The notes under the pieces were generated by a model that ran no database searches, was not told the origin of the DNA, and worked only from the letters and a program-made list of their open reading frames with translations. Shown piece after piece: positions 1 to 8,893 of a DNA stretch of 64,000 nucleotides. The stretch is from Candidatus Yonathbacteria bacterium (lineage in GTDB: Bacteria > Patescibacteriota > Minisyncoccia > Phycocordibacterales > UBA1550): assembly GCA_016215205.1 (NCBI GenBank), contig JACRKU010000013.1:29016-93015 (forward strand). Reading direction: 5' to 3'. The stretch's first letter is position 1, and the number at the start of each line of letters is the position of its first letter. Both the position numbers and the translations under genes were made by a program.

Positions 1-103
1 AAAACGGCATCACGAAACATCATCGCAAGAGTTTCCTAAAAAATGTTATGAGCTGATCGCAACACTTGATTTTTTGCGGCTCTTTTGTTATACTACCGGA
101 ACT

Positions 104-331
104 ATGGTAATACGAATGAGACACACCCGCGCGCATACGGCAAACCGCCGTTCGCATCACGCGCTCAAAGGCGCGCGCCTTTCAAAGTGCGTAAAGTGCG
201 AGGCGCTTCACCTTCGCCATCAGGTTTGCACCGCTTGCGGGACATACCGCGGAAAACCAGTCCTCAAATTGGTAAAGACAATGGCGAAGACCGAGAAGCG
301 CGTCGGAGCAAAGAGTAAGGCGGTAAAATAA
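104..331 (+). CDS. rpmF: 50S ribosomal protein L32 (zinc-ribbon type)
   Basis: RRSHHAL, CxxC...H..CxxCGxYRG motif; start moved to ATG 104, 9 nt after TATACT (89-94). Confidence 0.95.
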   Translation: MVIRMRHTRAHTANRRSHHALKGARLSKCVKCEALHLRHQVCTACGTYRGKPVLKLVKTMAKTEKRVGAKSKAVK

Positions 332-406
332 GCCCCTCCTTCCGTTAATTTTTTTTGCTTTTATGCTTTTACTCGCGTACAATATGAGTATAAGTACTTT
401 TTAAAT

Positions 407-1324
407 ATGGCAAACAGGCACCTTTCACGAAGTATCGTAATGCAGGTTCTCTACGAATGGGATTTTCGCGGAGGTGCTCTTACCGACCTCGAGATAGAGC
501 AGGCTATCGCGCGAAATGCCGAAGAGTTTGCTCCCGGGGTTGGCGACATTTCGTTTATGAGGAAGCTCCTCTTGGGTATACTGGGCAAACGCGCCAAACT
601 CGACGATATTATTGAAAAAGCGGCGCCGGATTGGCCAATTGATAAAATTGCGCTCATCGACCGAAATATTCTTCGCATCGGACTTTACGAACTTCTTTTT
701 GAAGATCGCGCGCAAGTACCCGCAAAGGTTGCTATTAACGAAGCAATCGAACTTGCGAAAACATACGGCGGCGAGACAAGCGGTAAATTTATAAACGGCG
801 TGCTCGGCGCTGTGTACAAAGAGCTCGGCGAGCCGGGAAAAGACGAAACAAGCAAGAAGAAAAATTTGCAAAAAATTTCGCGTGTGCCGGTTGACCCCAA
901 AACCCTTCCGCTCGACAAGCTCGGCGGCGCGGTGGTGTACGCGCGTGACGGCGCGGATGTATATCTCGGTCTCGTGCATGATATTTTTGGGCACTGGACG
1001 CTCTCAAAGGGTCATTATAAAGACGGAGAGGACGATAAAACCGCGATTACGCGCATTGTGATGGAGGAGATTGGTCTTCCCATAACACTCGGAGAAGTCC
1101 TTGGCGAAAATGAATATGTGGCGTCACACCCAGAGAAAGGAAAGATGCGAAAACATGTGAGCTACTTTCTAGCAGAGGCGCCGTATCAAGAGATTAAGCT
1201 TATGAAAAAAGGCGGTCTTGATGATGCGCAGTGGTTCAAGCTCGCAGATATCATCGACCTTAATATGTATGACGATATGCTTCCGGTGATTACGAAGGCG
1301 GTGAATATATTACTCAAGAAATAA
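407..1324 (+). CDS. nusB: Transcription antitermination factor NusB fused to a C-terminal NUDIX-fold domain
   Basis: N-term RHLSR..MQVLYE, IDRNILR, VAINEAIELAKTYG, KFINGVLG; C-term GGAVVY..WTLSKGH and Nudix-like box GHYKDGE-x7-RIVMEEIGL. Confidence 0.92.
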   Translation: MANRHLSRSIVMQVLYEWDFRGGALTDLEIEQAIARNAEEFAPGVGDISFMRKLLLGILGKRAKLDDIIEKAAPDWPIDKIALIDRNILRIGLYELLFEDRAQVPAKVAINEAIELAKTYGGETSGKFINGVLGAVYKELGEPGKDETSKKKNLQKISRVPVDPKTLPLDKLGGAVVYARDGADVYLGLVHDIFGHWTLSKGHYKDGEDDKTAITRIVMEEIGLPITLGEVLGENEYVASHPEKGKMRKHVSYFLAEAPYQEIKLMKKGGLDDAQWFKLADIIDLNMYDDMLPVITKAVNILLKK

Positions 1325-1334
1325 GAACAGTTTT

Positions 1335-2033
1335 ATGGAAAAGTTTAGAGCATTTGAAGAAAAGATTGGCGTGCATTTTAAAGACCGCGCGGTTCTCCGT
1401 GAGGCTTTTACGCATCGCTCATACATAAACGAAACACGCGAGCGCGGGCTTGACCACAACGAGCGTTTGGAGTTTCTGGGCGACGCGGTGGTGGAGCTTG
1501 TCGTAACAAATTTTCTATACAAAAAATATCCTCAAGCAAATGAAGGCGACCTCACAAGCTACCGCGCGGCGCTCGTAAATGCGGTGACGCTCGGCAATCT
1601 TGCTATTGATATGGGGATGGAGGAATATCTGCTCCTTTCAAAGGGCGAAGCGAAGGACAAGGGAACGAAAGCAAGGCAGATTATTCTTGCTAATGCATTT
1701 GAGGCGCTCGTCGGTGCTATTTATCTTGACCTCGGCTACGAAGCAGCGGATAAATTTCTGAAAGACTATCTCCTTGGAAAAACAGAAGAAATCGTGAAGA
1801 AGGAACTCTGGCGCGACGCAAAAAGCTTTTTTCAAGAAGAAGCGCAGGAGCATGTTGGAATCACTCCATCGTACCGCGTTATTAGTGAAGTTGGTCCCGA
1901 CCACGATAAGGATTTCAATGTGGGAGTGTATCTCAATGATGAACTCATTGGTATCGGAACAGGTAAGTCAAAGCAAGACGCCGAACAAGGCGCCGCCGCG
2001 GATGGGTTGAAAAAGAAAGGGTGGAATAAATAA
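1335..2033 (+). CDS. rnc: Ribonuclease III
   Basis: Signature NERLEFLGDAV; C-terminal dsRBD (GPDH...GKSKQDAEQ). Confidence 0.98.
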   Translation: MEKFRAFEEKIGVHFKDRAVLREAFTHRSYINETRERGLDHNERLEFLGDAVVELVVTNFLYKKYPQANEGDLTSYRAALVNAVTLGNLAIDMGMEEYLLLSKGEAKDKGTKARQIILANAFEALVGAIYLDLGYEAADKFLKDYLLGKTEEIVKKELWRDAKSFFQEEAQEHVGITPSYRVISEVGPDHDKDFNVGVYLNDELIGIGTGKSKQDAEQGAAADGLKKKGWNK

Positions 2034-2069
2034 TTTGAAGGTCTATAAAGTCGCAAAGTCGAGAGGTAC

Positions 2070-2140
2070 TTGACACATAATATATTATTTGATACGGTTT
2101 ATTTTAGAGAATTTGTTGTTTAACGTTACAGATAGGAGGT
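2070..2140 (+). promoter_or_regulatory. Sigma70-type promoter and Shine-Dalgarno for small ORF
   Basis: TTGACA 2070-75, 17-nt spacer, TACGGT 2093-98; AGGAGGT 2134-40. Confidence 0.55.
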
Positions 2141-2146
2141 GCTTGT

Positions 2147-2425
2147 ATGTACATGGATTTGGGTACAAGGACTATTCTGGTTTCTAATGTATGCATGATT
2201 CTGCAGATCCAGGGGCTCGCCCTCCTTCTTTTAATGACGCTATTGATACCCATCGCCGTTTGCGCCAGTTTTGTGGGCTTGGATTGCAATTTCTGGGTTT
2301 GCGGCGGTAATAACCGCACTCCTGTGGCCACAGATTCGTATGTCTATGTCGACAGTTCTTTCAGGGTTGTCTGGGGTCGGTATAATGATTTTCTCACTCA
2401 TCAAACTTGTTCCATAGAGCGGTAA
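2147..2425 (+). CDS. Small hypothetical membrane protein
   Basis: Hydrophobic stretch, strong SD, own promoter and downstream hairpin + U-tract (about 2431-2469); no recognisable family. Confidence 0.5.
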   Translation: MYMDLGTRTILVSNVCMILQIQGLALLLLMTLLIPIAVCASFVGLDCNFWVCGGNNRTPVATDSYVYVDSSFRVVWGRYNDFLTHQTCSIER

Positions 2426-2508
2426 GCCAAAAGCTTGAAACCCACAGAGGTTTCAGGCTTTTTCTTTTTGTCGCATCGGTAAAGCCATTATGGTAAACTA
2501 TTCCCACA

Positions 2509-4758
2509 ATGCGCGTAAAAAGTTTGGAAATTTCTGGGTTTAAGTCCTTTGCAAAGAAGAGTGTTTTTGAGTTTGGGGCATCGATTTCGGCTATTGTGGG
2601 ACCGAATGGCTCTGGAAAGTCCAACGTCGCTGAAGCGCTTCGTTTCGTGCTCGGCGAGCAGTCGCTCAAGAGTATGCGTGGCAAGCGCACAGAAGACCTC
2701 ATCTTTAACGGCTCGAAAAGCGCCGAACGGCAAAATCGCGCGAAGGTGACGATTACCTTCGACAACAAAGACCGCACATTTCCCGTGGACTTTGACGAGG
2801 TTTCCATTGCGCGCGAAATCCACCGCGACGCCTCCAGTGAATATTTTTTGAATGGGTCTTCGGTACGCTTGAAAGATATTATTGAACTCCTTGCTTCGGT
2901 GCACATCGGCGCATCGGGACACCACATCATTTCGCAGGGCGAAGCGGATAGAATTTTGAATTCGTCGCCAAAGGACCGCCGCGCGATGATAGAAGACGCC
3001 CTCGGACTCAAGATTTACCACTGGAAAATAAACGAGAGTGAAAAGAAACTTTTGAAGACTGAGGAAAATATGCGTCAGTCGGAGTCTCTCCGCCGCGAGA
3101 TTGCGCCGCATATTAAATTTTTGAAAAAGCAGGTGGAGAAAGTCGAGCAGGCTAGAACATTGCGTGATGAACTCGCGCTTCTCTATGGCGATTATTTAAT
3201 TCGTGAGGAAACATACATCAAACACGCTCGTGAGAAGCTTCATGGAGAAAAAGGAAATCTTGAACGCGAACTTCATGAGGCAAATGAGGCGCTTCTCCGC
3301 GCGGATAGTTTGCGCGGCGTGCAGACGAAAGAAAGCGCCGAGGTTTCGGAGCTTGTGCGCGTGCGCTCGGAAATGGGCGCGGTGCGCCGCGAGCGAGATG
3401 ACCTTGGGAGGAAAATCGGTCGTCTCGAGGGAATGATAGAGTATGAAGAGCGCCGTTTGAATGCGCCGGAAGTTGCGCACGAGAAAACCGTTTCTGCAGA
3501 AGAGGCGGAAAATCTCGCGCAAAATCTGTATGACGAGCTCGGTCATGCAGAGGGAAGCGAGGACTATTTGTATATTAAAGGCGTAGTGAGCGCAACGCGT
3601 AACAAGCTCGGTAAATTCCTCGAACACATCAGGGGAAGTGGTGTCCAAAGAGGTCCCCGCGAGGCGGCAATAAAAGTGCTTGAGGATTTGCGCATTGAAC
3701 ATAAAAACCTTTTGGGCGCACAAGAGAACCTTGAGGATTTGATTTCAGGCTTTGAAGAAAAAATGCGCGAGCTTGAAGCAATACTTGAGACAAAGCGCAG
3801 AGATACCACCGATGCAGAACGCGCATCTTTTGAGTTTCGCGCAAAAAAACAAGAACTTACACTACGCATTGGCATAGTACGCGAACACATTGAAAATTTC
3901 ATGCGCGACGAAGTTGCATTTCGTGAAGAACTCCGCGAGGGGGGAATCCTCGTTGGTCGTTCCATTCTCGATTATGTGAATAATCATATTGATATCGAAC
4001 AAGCCCTTTCAGAGTCACGCGCCGAGCAAGAGAGTCGTCGCAAAAAAATTGAGCGCACTAAAATTCGTTTGGAGGATATTATGGGCGGAGGGTCAGGGGA
4101 GGATATTATGCGCGAGTATGAAGAAGCGGTGGAGCGTGATGTGTTTCTCTCGAAAGAACTCGAGGATTTGAAAACAAGCGCGGAGTCTCTCCGTGAATTG
4201 ATGCGCGGACTCGACGAGGAGCTTGGCGCGCAGTTCAAGGACGGTATTAAGAAAATCAATAAGCAGTTTGGAGAATTTTTTGCATTGATGTTTGGCGGTG
4301 GTACTGCATCGCTTGAAGTTGCGTTAGATAAAAAGAGGAAGCGTGGCGATACAGATATCGAAGGACTATTCGAAGGAGAGCCTGACGACGAAGAAGAAAC
4401 AGAAGAGGGAATTGATGTTGCGATTTCTTTGCCGCACAAAAAAATCCGCGGACTGCAAATGCTTTCTGGTGGCGAGCGCGCGCTCACATCTATCGCACTC
4501 ATCTTTGCGGTTTCGCAGGTGAATCCGCCGCCATTTCTTGTACTCGATGAAACTGATGCGGCTCTCGATGAAGCAAACTCTAAAAAGTATGGCGACATGG
4601 TCGCAACGCTCGCAAAATATTCCCAGCTCATCGTCATAACGCACAACCGCGAAACAATGTCCCGAGCAGGAATTATTTACGGCGTGACGATGGGCTCTGA
4701 CGCTATCTCAAAACTCCTCTCTATTAAGTTTGAGGAAGCGGAGCAGTTGGCGAAGTGA
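2509..4758 (+). CDS. smc: Chromosome segregation ATPase SMC, short form (749 aa)
   Basis: GFKSF, Walker A GPNGSGKSN, Q-loop IISQG, signature LSGGE, Walker B/D-loop VLDETDAALD, ITH; coiled coil between heads; close to rnc as in many bacteria. Confidence 0.93.
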   Translation: MRVKSLEISGFKSFAKKSVFEFGASISAIVGPNGSGKSNVAEALRFVLGEQSLKSMRGKRTEDLIFNGSKSAERQNRAKVTITFDNKDRTFPVDFDEVSIAREIHRDASSEYFLNGSSVRLKDIIELLASVHIGASGHHIISQGEADRILNSSPKDRRAMIEDALGLKIYHWKINESEKKLLKTEENMRQSESLRREIAPHIKFLKKQVEKVEQARTLRDELALLYGDYLIREETYIKHAREKLHGEKGNLERELHEANEALLRADSLRGVQTKESAEVSELVRVRSEMGAVRRERDDLGRKIGRLEGMIEYEERRLNAPEVAHEKTVSAEEAENLAQNLYDELGHAEGSEDYLYIKGVVSATRNKLGKFLEHIRGSGVQRGPREAAIKVLEDLRIEHKNLLGAQENLEDLISGFEEKMRELEAILETKRRDTTDAERASFEFRAKKQELTLRIGIVREHIENFMRDEVAFREELREGGILVGRSILDYVNNHIDIEQALSESRAEQESRRKKIERTKIRLEDIMGGGSGEDIMREYEEAVERDVFLSKELEDLKTSAESLRELMRGLDEELGAQFKDGIKKINKQFGEFFALMFGGGTASLEVALDKKRKRGDTDIEGLFEGEPDDEEETEEGIDVAISLPHKKIRGLQMLSGGERALTSIALIFAVSQVNPPPFLVLDETDAALDEANSKKYGDMVATLAKYSQLIVITHNRETMSRAGIIYGVTMGSDAISKLLSIKFEEAEQLAK

Positions 4759-4831
4759 TTGACTAAGTTTCCATTTATGGTTTACTGTTTACTGGGTTGT
4801 ATCATTGATTAAACATCATAAGGAGCGCGTT

Positions 4832-5137
4832 ATGGCGAAAAAGCTTACTCTTGGAATTGTTTCTGCGAATGGTGAAATTGTACTGAAAGTAGAGAAGATG
4901 GAAGAGAAAGTTCGCCCTTGGCGAAGGATACCTATTCTTCAGGTGTTGCGAGTGCTTATTGGCACTATGACAGCCCTCTCTTTTGGTTCGAGGGTAATTC
5001 TTACGGACGCAAAAATTTGGTCTTCCGCTACGACCATGTGGATGCTCGCGTTCTCCTTTATGTTTTTGTTTTGGCTGGTTGAGTATATTATGCACAATTT
5101 ATTGCGCATAAAATTTGATTTGTATAAAACCGAGTGA
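4832..5137 (+). CDS. Hypothetical two-TM membrane protein
   Basis: AAGGAG before ATG 4832; two hydrophobic segments. Confidence 0.65.
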   Translation: MAKKLTLGIVSANGEIVLKVEKMEEKVRPWRRIPILQVLRVLIGTMTALSFGSRVILTDAKIWSSATTMWMLAFSFMFLFWLVEYIMHNLLRIKFDLYKTE

Positions 5138-5141
5138 TTAA

Positions 5142-5173
5142 AATACCCAGCCTTTCTGGAAAGGCTGGGTATT
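5142..5173. terminator. Bidirectional terminator hairpin
   Basis: AATACCCAGCCTTT-ctgg-AAAGGCTGGGTATT between convergent genes. Confidence 0.8.
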
Positions 5174-5179
5174 ATCTTT

Positions 5180-7171
5180 TTACTTCACGAGTTCGTAGTC
5201 GATTGATTTGCGTTCTAGATCAACCGCTTTGACGCGGATTTTTAATTTATCTCCAAGAGTAAAACGCTCCCTAGTTTGTTTGCCGACGATGCGGTAATTC
5301 TCTTTTTCAAAAATATAGTAGTCATTGCCGAGGTCGCTGATGCGGATGAGACCTTCGCACTTTGTTTCATCTTCTTCCACAAAGACGCCCCATTCAGCAA
5401 CGCCGGAGATTGTGCCATTGAATTCTTTGCCTACTCGTTCGCTCATATATTCTGCTTGTTTGAATTTTATAGACGCGCGCTCGGCATCGGCGGCGAGTTT
5501 TTCCATTTCGGATGAATGCGCCGCAAGTGAGCGGTACTCGCTCATTTCTTCTTTTGTTACCTTCTCGTCCGCAAGGAAGTGCGCGAGAATGCGGTGCACC
5601 ATTACATCGGGGTAGCGGCGAATCGGCGAAGTAAAATGCGCGTAGTGCTCGTAAGCAAGGCCATAGTGCCCGATGTTTCGCGTCGAGTAGATTGCTTTTG
5701 CCATCGTGCGGATGGTCGCGGTGTTAAGCATTGTTTCTTCGGGCTTACCTTTTATTTGTTCAAGGAACTTATTTATGTCCGCGGACGAAACACGGCCTTC
5801 TTTAAGCGGGAGCTTGTATCCGAGCCCAGTGGCAAATTTTGCGAGTTCCGCGAGGCGCTCTGGTTTTGGTTCATCGTGCACGCGATACACAAAGAGGTCG
5901 CCCTCGTGCTCACCTTTGTTGCCCGTCTTCTCAAGTTTTTCTGAGACATATTCCGCAACTTTTTTATTTGCGAGAAGCATAAACATTTCCACGAGTTTGT
6001 TTGTATCCTGAAACTTTTTCGTGTACACGCGAATTGGCTTTTTGTTTGCATCGAGCTCAAAGCGCACCTCTTCGTGTTCAAATGATATAGCGCCTCCGGC
6101 TTTGTCTTGCACTACTAGTTTTTTTGCGATGATATTGAGGGTGTTGAGTTCGTCATAAAAAAGACCCGATCCGCTGTCTATTACTTCTTGCGCATTTTCA
6201 TATGTAAAACGTTTTGCCGAGTTGATGATTGCGCGCCCGAACCATGCGTTTCTCATCGTCACTTTTGAAGTTGGATTAGTTGCGGTGTCTGGCGCAAAAG
6301 TGAATACTGCCGAGAAAACAAGTTTGTCTTCTTTTTCGTTCAGACTGCAAAGGTCGTTAGAGAGGACCTCTGGGAACATTGGGATAACGCGGTCAACGAG
6401 GTAAATAGATGTCGCACGCTTGCGCGCCTCTTCGTCTATCAGAGCGTGCGGTTTTACATACGCCGATACATCCGCAATATGCACACCGATTTCAATGTCG
6501 CCATTTGGTAGTGTTTGAATAGAAATAGCGTCGTCAAAATCTTTTGCATCTGCGGGGTCGATGGTGAAAGTCGTTACCTTGCGGAAATCCCGACGCTTCT
6601 TTGCTTCTTCGGCAATGAATGCAGGCGCGGTTTTTTTGAGCGTGTCTGCTTCGCGGTGGATTTTCTCCGGGAGCTCCATTTGGAGACCTTTGTCGAGCAC
6701 AATCGCGCGGATTTCTGTTTCGTTGTCGCCGGCATCGCCAAGGACTTCGATAATTTCTGCAGTAGGGTTTTTCTTTGGGTCGGTCCAGTCTGAAAGACGA
6801 ACAAGGGCCTTCTTTCCGCGTAGTTTTTCACCATGTGGTGGGTTGGAGATGAGGAAATCCACATAGATGCGCGTATCTTGAGGAATGAGAAATGTTGCGC
6901 CGTTCTCTTCGTCAATTGTGCCAACAAAATTTACTTTAGCGCGCGCGAGAACCTCCACCACTTCGCCGGTTTGCTGTATGTCACCGATTTTGGCATTAAG
7001 CCTTACCTTTACCCTGTCGCGGGGAAGGGCGGTATTGAGAAAACCCGCCTCAATGCGAATGTCGTTTTCACGCGGACTGTCTTCGCCCACCGAAACAAAA
7101 CCAAAGCCCTTTGCAGTCGTCGTAATGACGCCCTCAACGAAGCTTCTGGTGAGAGTTTTTTCTTTGATCAT
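5180..7171 (-). CDS. rnr: Ribonuclease R (RNB family)
   Basis: TIDPADAKDFDDA, HIADVS, HFTSPIRRYPD, C-terminal S1; start set at ATG 7171. Confidence 0.96.
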   Translation of the reverse strand: MIKEKTLTRSFVEGVITTTAKGFGFVSVGEDSPRENDIRIEAGFLNTALPRDRVKVRLNAKIGDIQQTGEVVEVLARAKVNFVGTIDEENGATFLIPQDTRIYVDFLISNPPHGEKLRGKKALVRLSDWTDPKKNPTAEIIEVLGDAGDNETEIRAIVLDKGLQMELPEKIHREADTLKKTAPAFIAEEAKKRRDFRKVTTFTIDPADAKDFDDAISIQTLPNGDIEIGVHIADVSAYVKPHALIDEEARKRATSIYLVDRVIPMFPEVLSNDLCSLNEKEDKLVFSAVFTFAPDTATNPTSKVTMRNAWFGRAIINSAKRFTYENAQEVIDSGSGLFYDELNTLNIIAKKLVVQDKAGGAISFEHEEVRFELDANKKPIRVYTKKFQDTNKLVEMFMLLANKKVAEYVSEKLEKTGNKGEHEGDLFVYRVHDEPKPERLAELAKFATGLGYKLPLKEGRVSSADINKFLEQIKGKPEETMLNTATIRTMAKAIYSTRNIGHYGLAYEHYAHFTSPIRRYPDVMVHRILAHFLADEKVTKEEMSEYRSLAAHSSEMEKLAADAERASIKFKQAEYMSERVGKEFNGTISGVAEWGVFVEEDETKCEGLIRISDLGNDYYIFEKENYRIVGKQTRERFTLGDKLKIRVKAVDLERKSIDYELVK

Positions 7172-7238
7172 ATTGTTCCCAAGATAGCATAAAACTAACC
7201 CCTTGACCATTTAACCCAATTTTGTTAGGATGCTTTTC

Positions 7239-7607
7239 ATGTTAGCAATTCGACTACAGCGCGTTGGCCGCAAAAATGATCCGTCATTTCGCGTCATCGT
7301 GACAGATTCAAAGATGAAAACCAAGACTGGAAACTTCCTTGAAGTTCTCGGTTCGTACAATGCGCGCATGGGCAAGCCGGTTATTAATACCGAGCGCGCA
7401 AAATACTGGATATCTGTAGGCGCAAAAGCGTCCGGTACCGTGCACAACCTCCTTGTAGACTTCAAGGCGGTTTCGGGAAAGAAAATCAATGTTTTGGGTA
7501 AAAAAACTCCCATCGTAAAAGAGGTTCCCGCCGCAGTCGAGATTGCTTCCGGCAAGCCCGCAGAAGAAGTAGTGGAAGCAACGCCAGAAGTTAAACCAGC
7601 TCAGTAA
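7239..7607 (+). CDS. rpsP: 30S ribosomal protein S16 with C-terminal extension
   Basis: MLAIRLQRVGRK..PSFRVIVTD, GSYN, W..GA..S.TV. Confidence 0.96.
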   Translation: MLAIRLQRVGRKNDPSFRVIVTDSKMKTKTGNFLEVLGSYNARMGKPVINTERAKYWISVGAKASGTVHNLLVDFKAVSGKKINVLGKKTPIVKEVPAAVEIASGKPAEEVVEATPEVKPAQ

Positions 7608-7617
7608 GTTCAATTAC

Positions 7618-7652
7618 AAAAGCCCCGCCCTTTTCAAAAGGGCGGGGCTTTT
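7618..7652 (+). terminator. Rho-independent terminator
   Basis: AAAAGCCCCGCCCTTTT-c-AAAAGGGCGGGGCTTTT. Confidence 0.85.
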
Positions 7653-7695
7653 GTAATTGAAAATTTGTACCACTGCATGGTACAATATAAACACG

Positions 7696-8892
7696 ATGGC
7701 ATTTTCTTTTTTTACTAATCGCGGAAATGATGAAACGCTGATCCTCCTTGTTGATATCGGGTCAGCGAGCGTGGGCGGCGCTCTTGTAAAGATTGAAAAA
7801 GGTCGCGCGCCGAATGTTCTTGCAACAGTTCGCAAAGACATCTCATTCCAAGAAGCGCTTTCTTCCGCTCGTTTCTTATCTGCAATGAATCACGCGCTCG
7901 ACCAAGTTTTAAAAACTATCCACCCAAAAACTACCGTCTTAGGTTCTCCCGCGCATATTTTTTGCACGCTTTCGTCCCCTTGGTTTATTTTAAAGACTCG
8001 CCGTTTATTGATTTCACGTCAAGAAGAATTTGAAGTAACCGAACGAGCTCTTGATGAATTTATAAGTGAAGACATCGCGCGTCTGAAAGAAGAACTCAAA
8101 GAAACGCTTCCGCCGAAGGATGTGAAAATCATCGAAAAGAAAATCATTCAGATGAAATTGAATGGATATGAGATCAAAAATCCATACGGCCAAAAAACGT
8201 CACAAATGGAGATTTTGATGACCATCGGGGTTTCGTCCGAAAAGGTTATTGAAAGCATCGAGCGTAAGCTCGGCAATGTTTTTCACGCAAAATCAGTCCA
8301 CTTCGGCGCATTTCCCATTGCCGCATTTAGCGCAGTAAGGGATATTTCCCCAACCGAAAAGAATTTCCTTTTTCTCGACATCACTGGCGAGGCGACCGAT
8401 GTATCACTGGTAAACAATGATCTTTTAATGGGGACGGTGACATTCCCCCATGGAAAAAATTTTTTTATTCGCGAAATTTCTGCGGAGATGCGCACTGTCC
8501 ACTTTGAGGCGGCAACGCTCTTTGCAATGTTTCTCCGTGATGAGTTGGATGACACAAAACGCGCCAGGATTGCGGCTATTATTGCGCGCGCTGAAGACGA
8601 ATGGCTTGCGCGCCTCGAAAAGTCGCTTGGTGCCCTTGCGAAGAACGGTGTATTGCCTCAGAAGGTATTTTTTACAACAGATGCTTTTATCGCTCCACTG
8701 TTTTCTTTGCTCCTCTCTCGCCGAGACCATATCGCAAAGATGGAGCACGGAACGAACGCATCGTTTGAGGCTCAGTATCTCGACCAGCTTATTGTTGAAA
8801 AGTTTGTTTCGTTCAATACGGGAGTTATTAGGGATCCGTTTATGGTCATTGAAGCGCTCCTAGCTTTCAAAATAGTCACGCAACACAAATAA
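7696..8892 (+). CDS. Divergent actin-fold (FtsA/PilM-like) protein
   Basis: N-terminal LVDIGSASVG (phosphate-1 loop) and FLDITGEATDVS (phosphate-2-like); G.N..R segment. Confidence 0.65.
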   Translation: MAFSFFTNRGNDETLILLVDIGSASVGGALVKIEKGRAPNVLATVRKDISFQEALSSARFLSAMNHALDQVLKTIHPKTTVLGSPAHIFCTLSSPWFILKTRRLLISRQEEFEVTERALDEFISEDIARLKEELKETLPPKDVKIIEKKIIQMKLNGYEIKNPYGQKTSQMEILMTIGVSSEKVIESIERKLGNVFHAKSVHFGAFPIAAFSAVRDISPTEKNFLFLDITGEATDVSLVNNDLLMGTVTFPHGKNFFIREISAEMRTVHFEAATLFAMFLRDELDDTKRARIAAIIARAEDEWLARLEKSLGALAKNGVLPQKVFFTTDAFIAPLFSLLLSRRDHIAKMEHGTNASFEAQYLDQLIVEKFVSFNTGVIRDPFMVIEALLAFKIVTQHK

Positions 8893-8893
8893 T

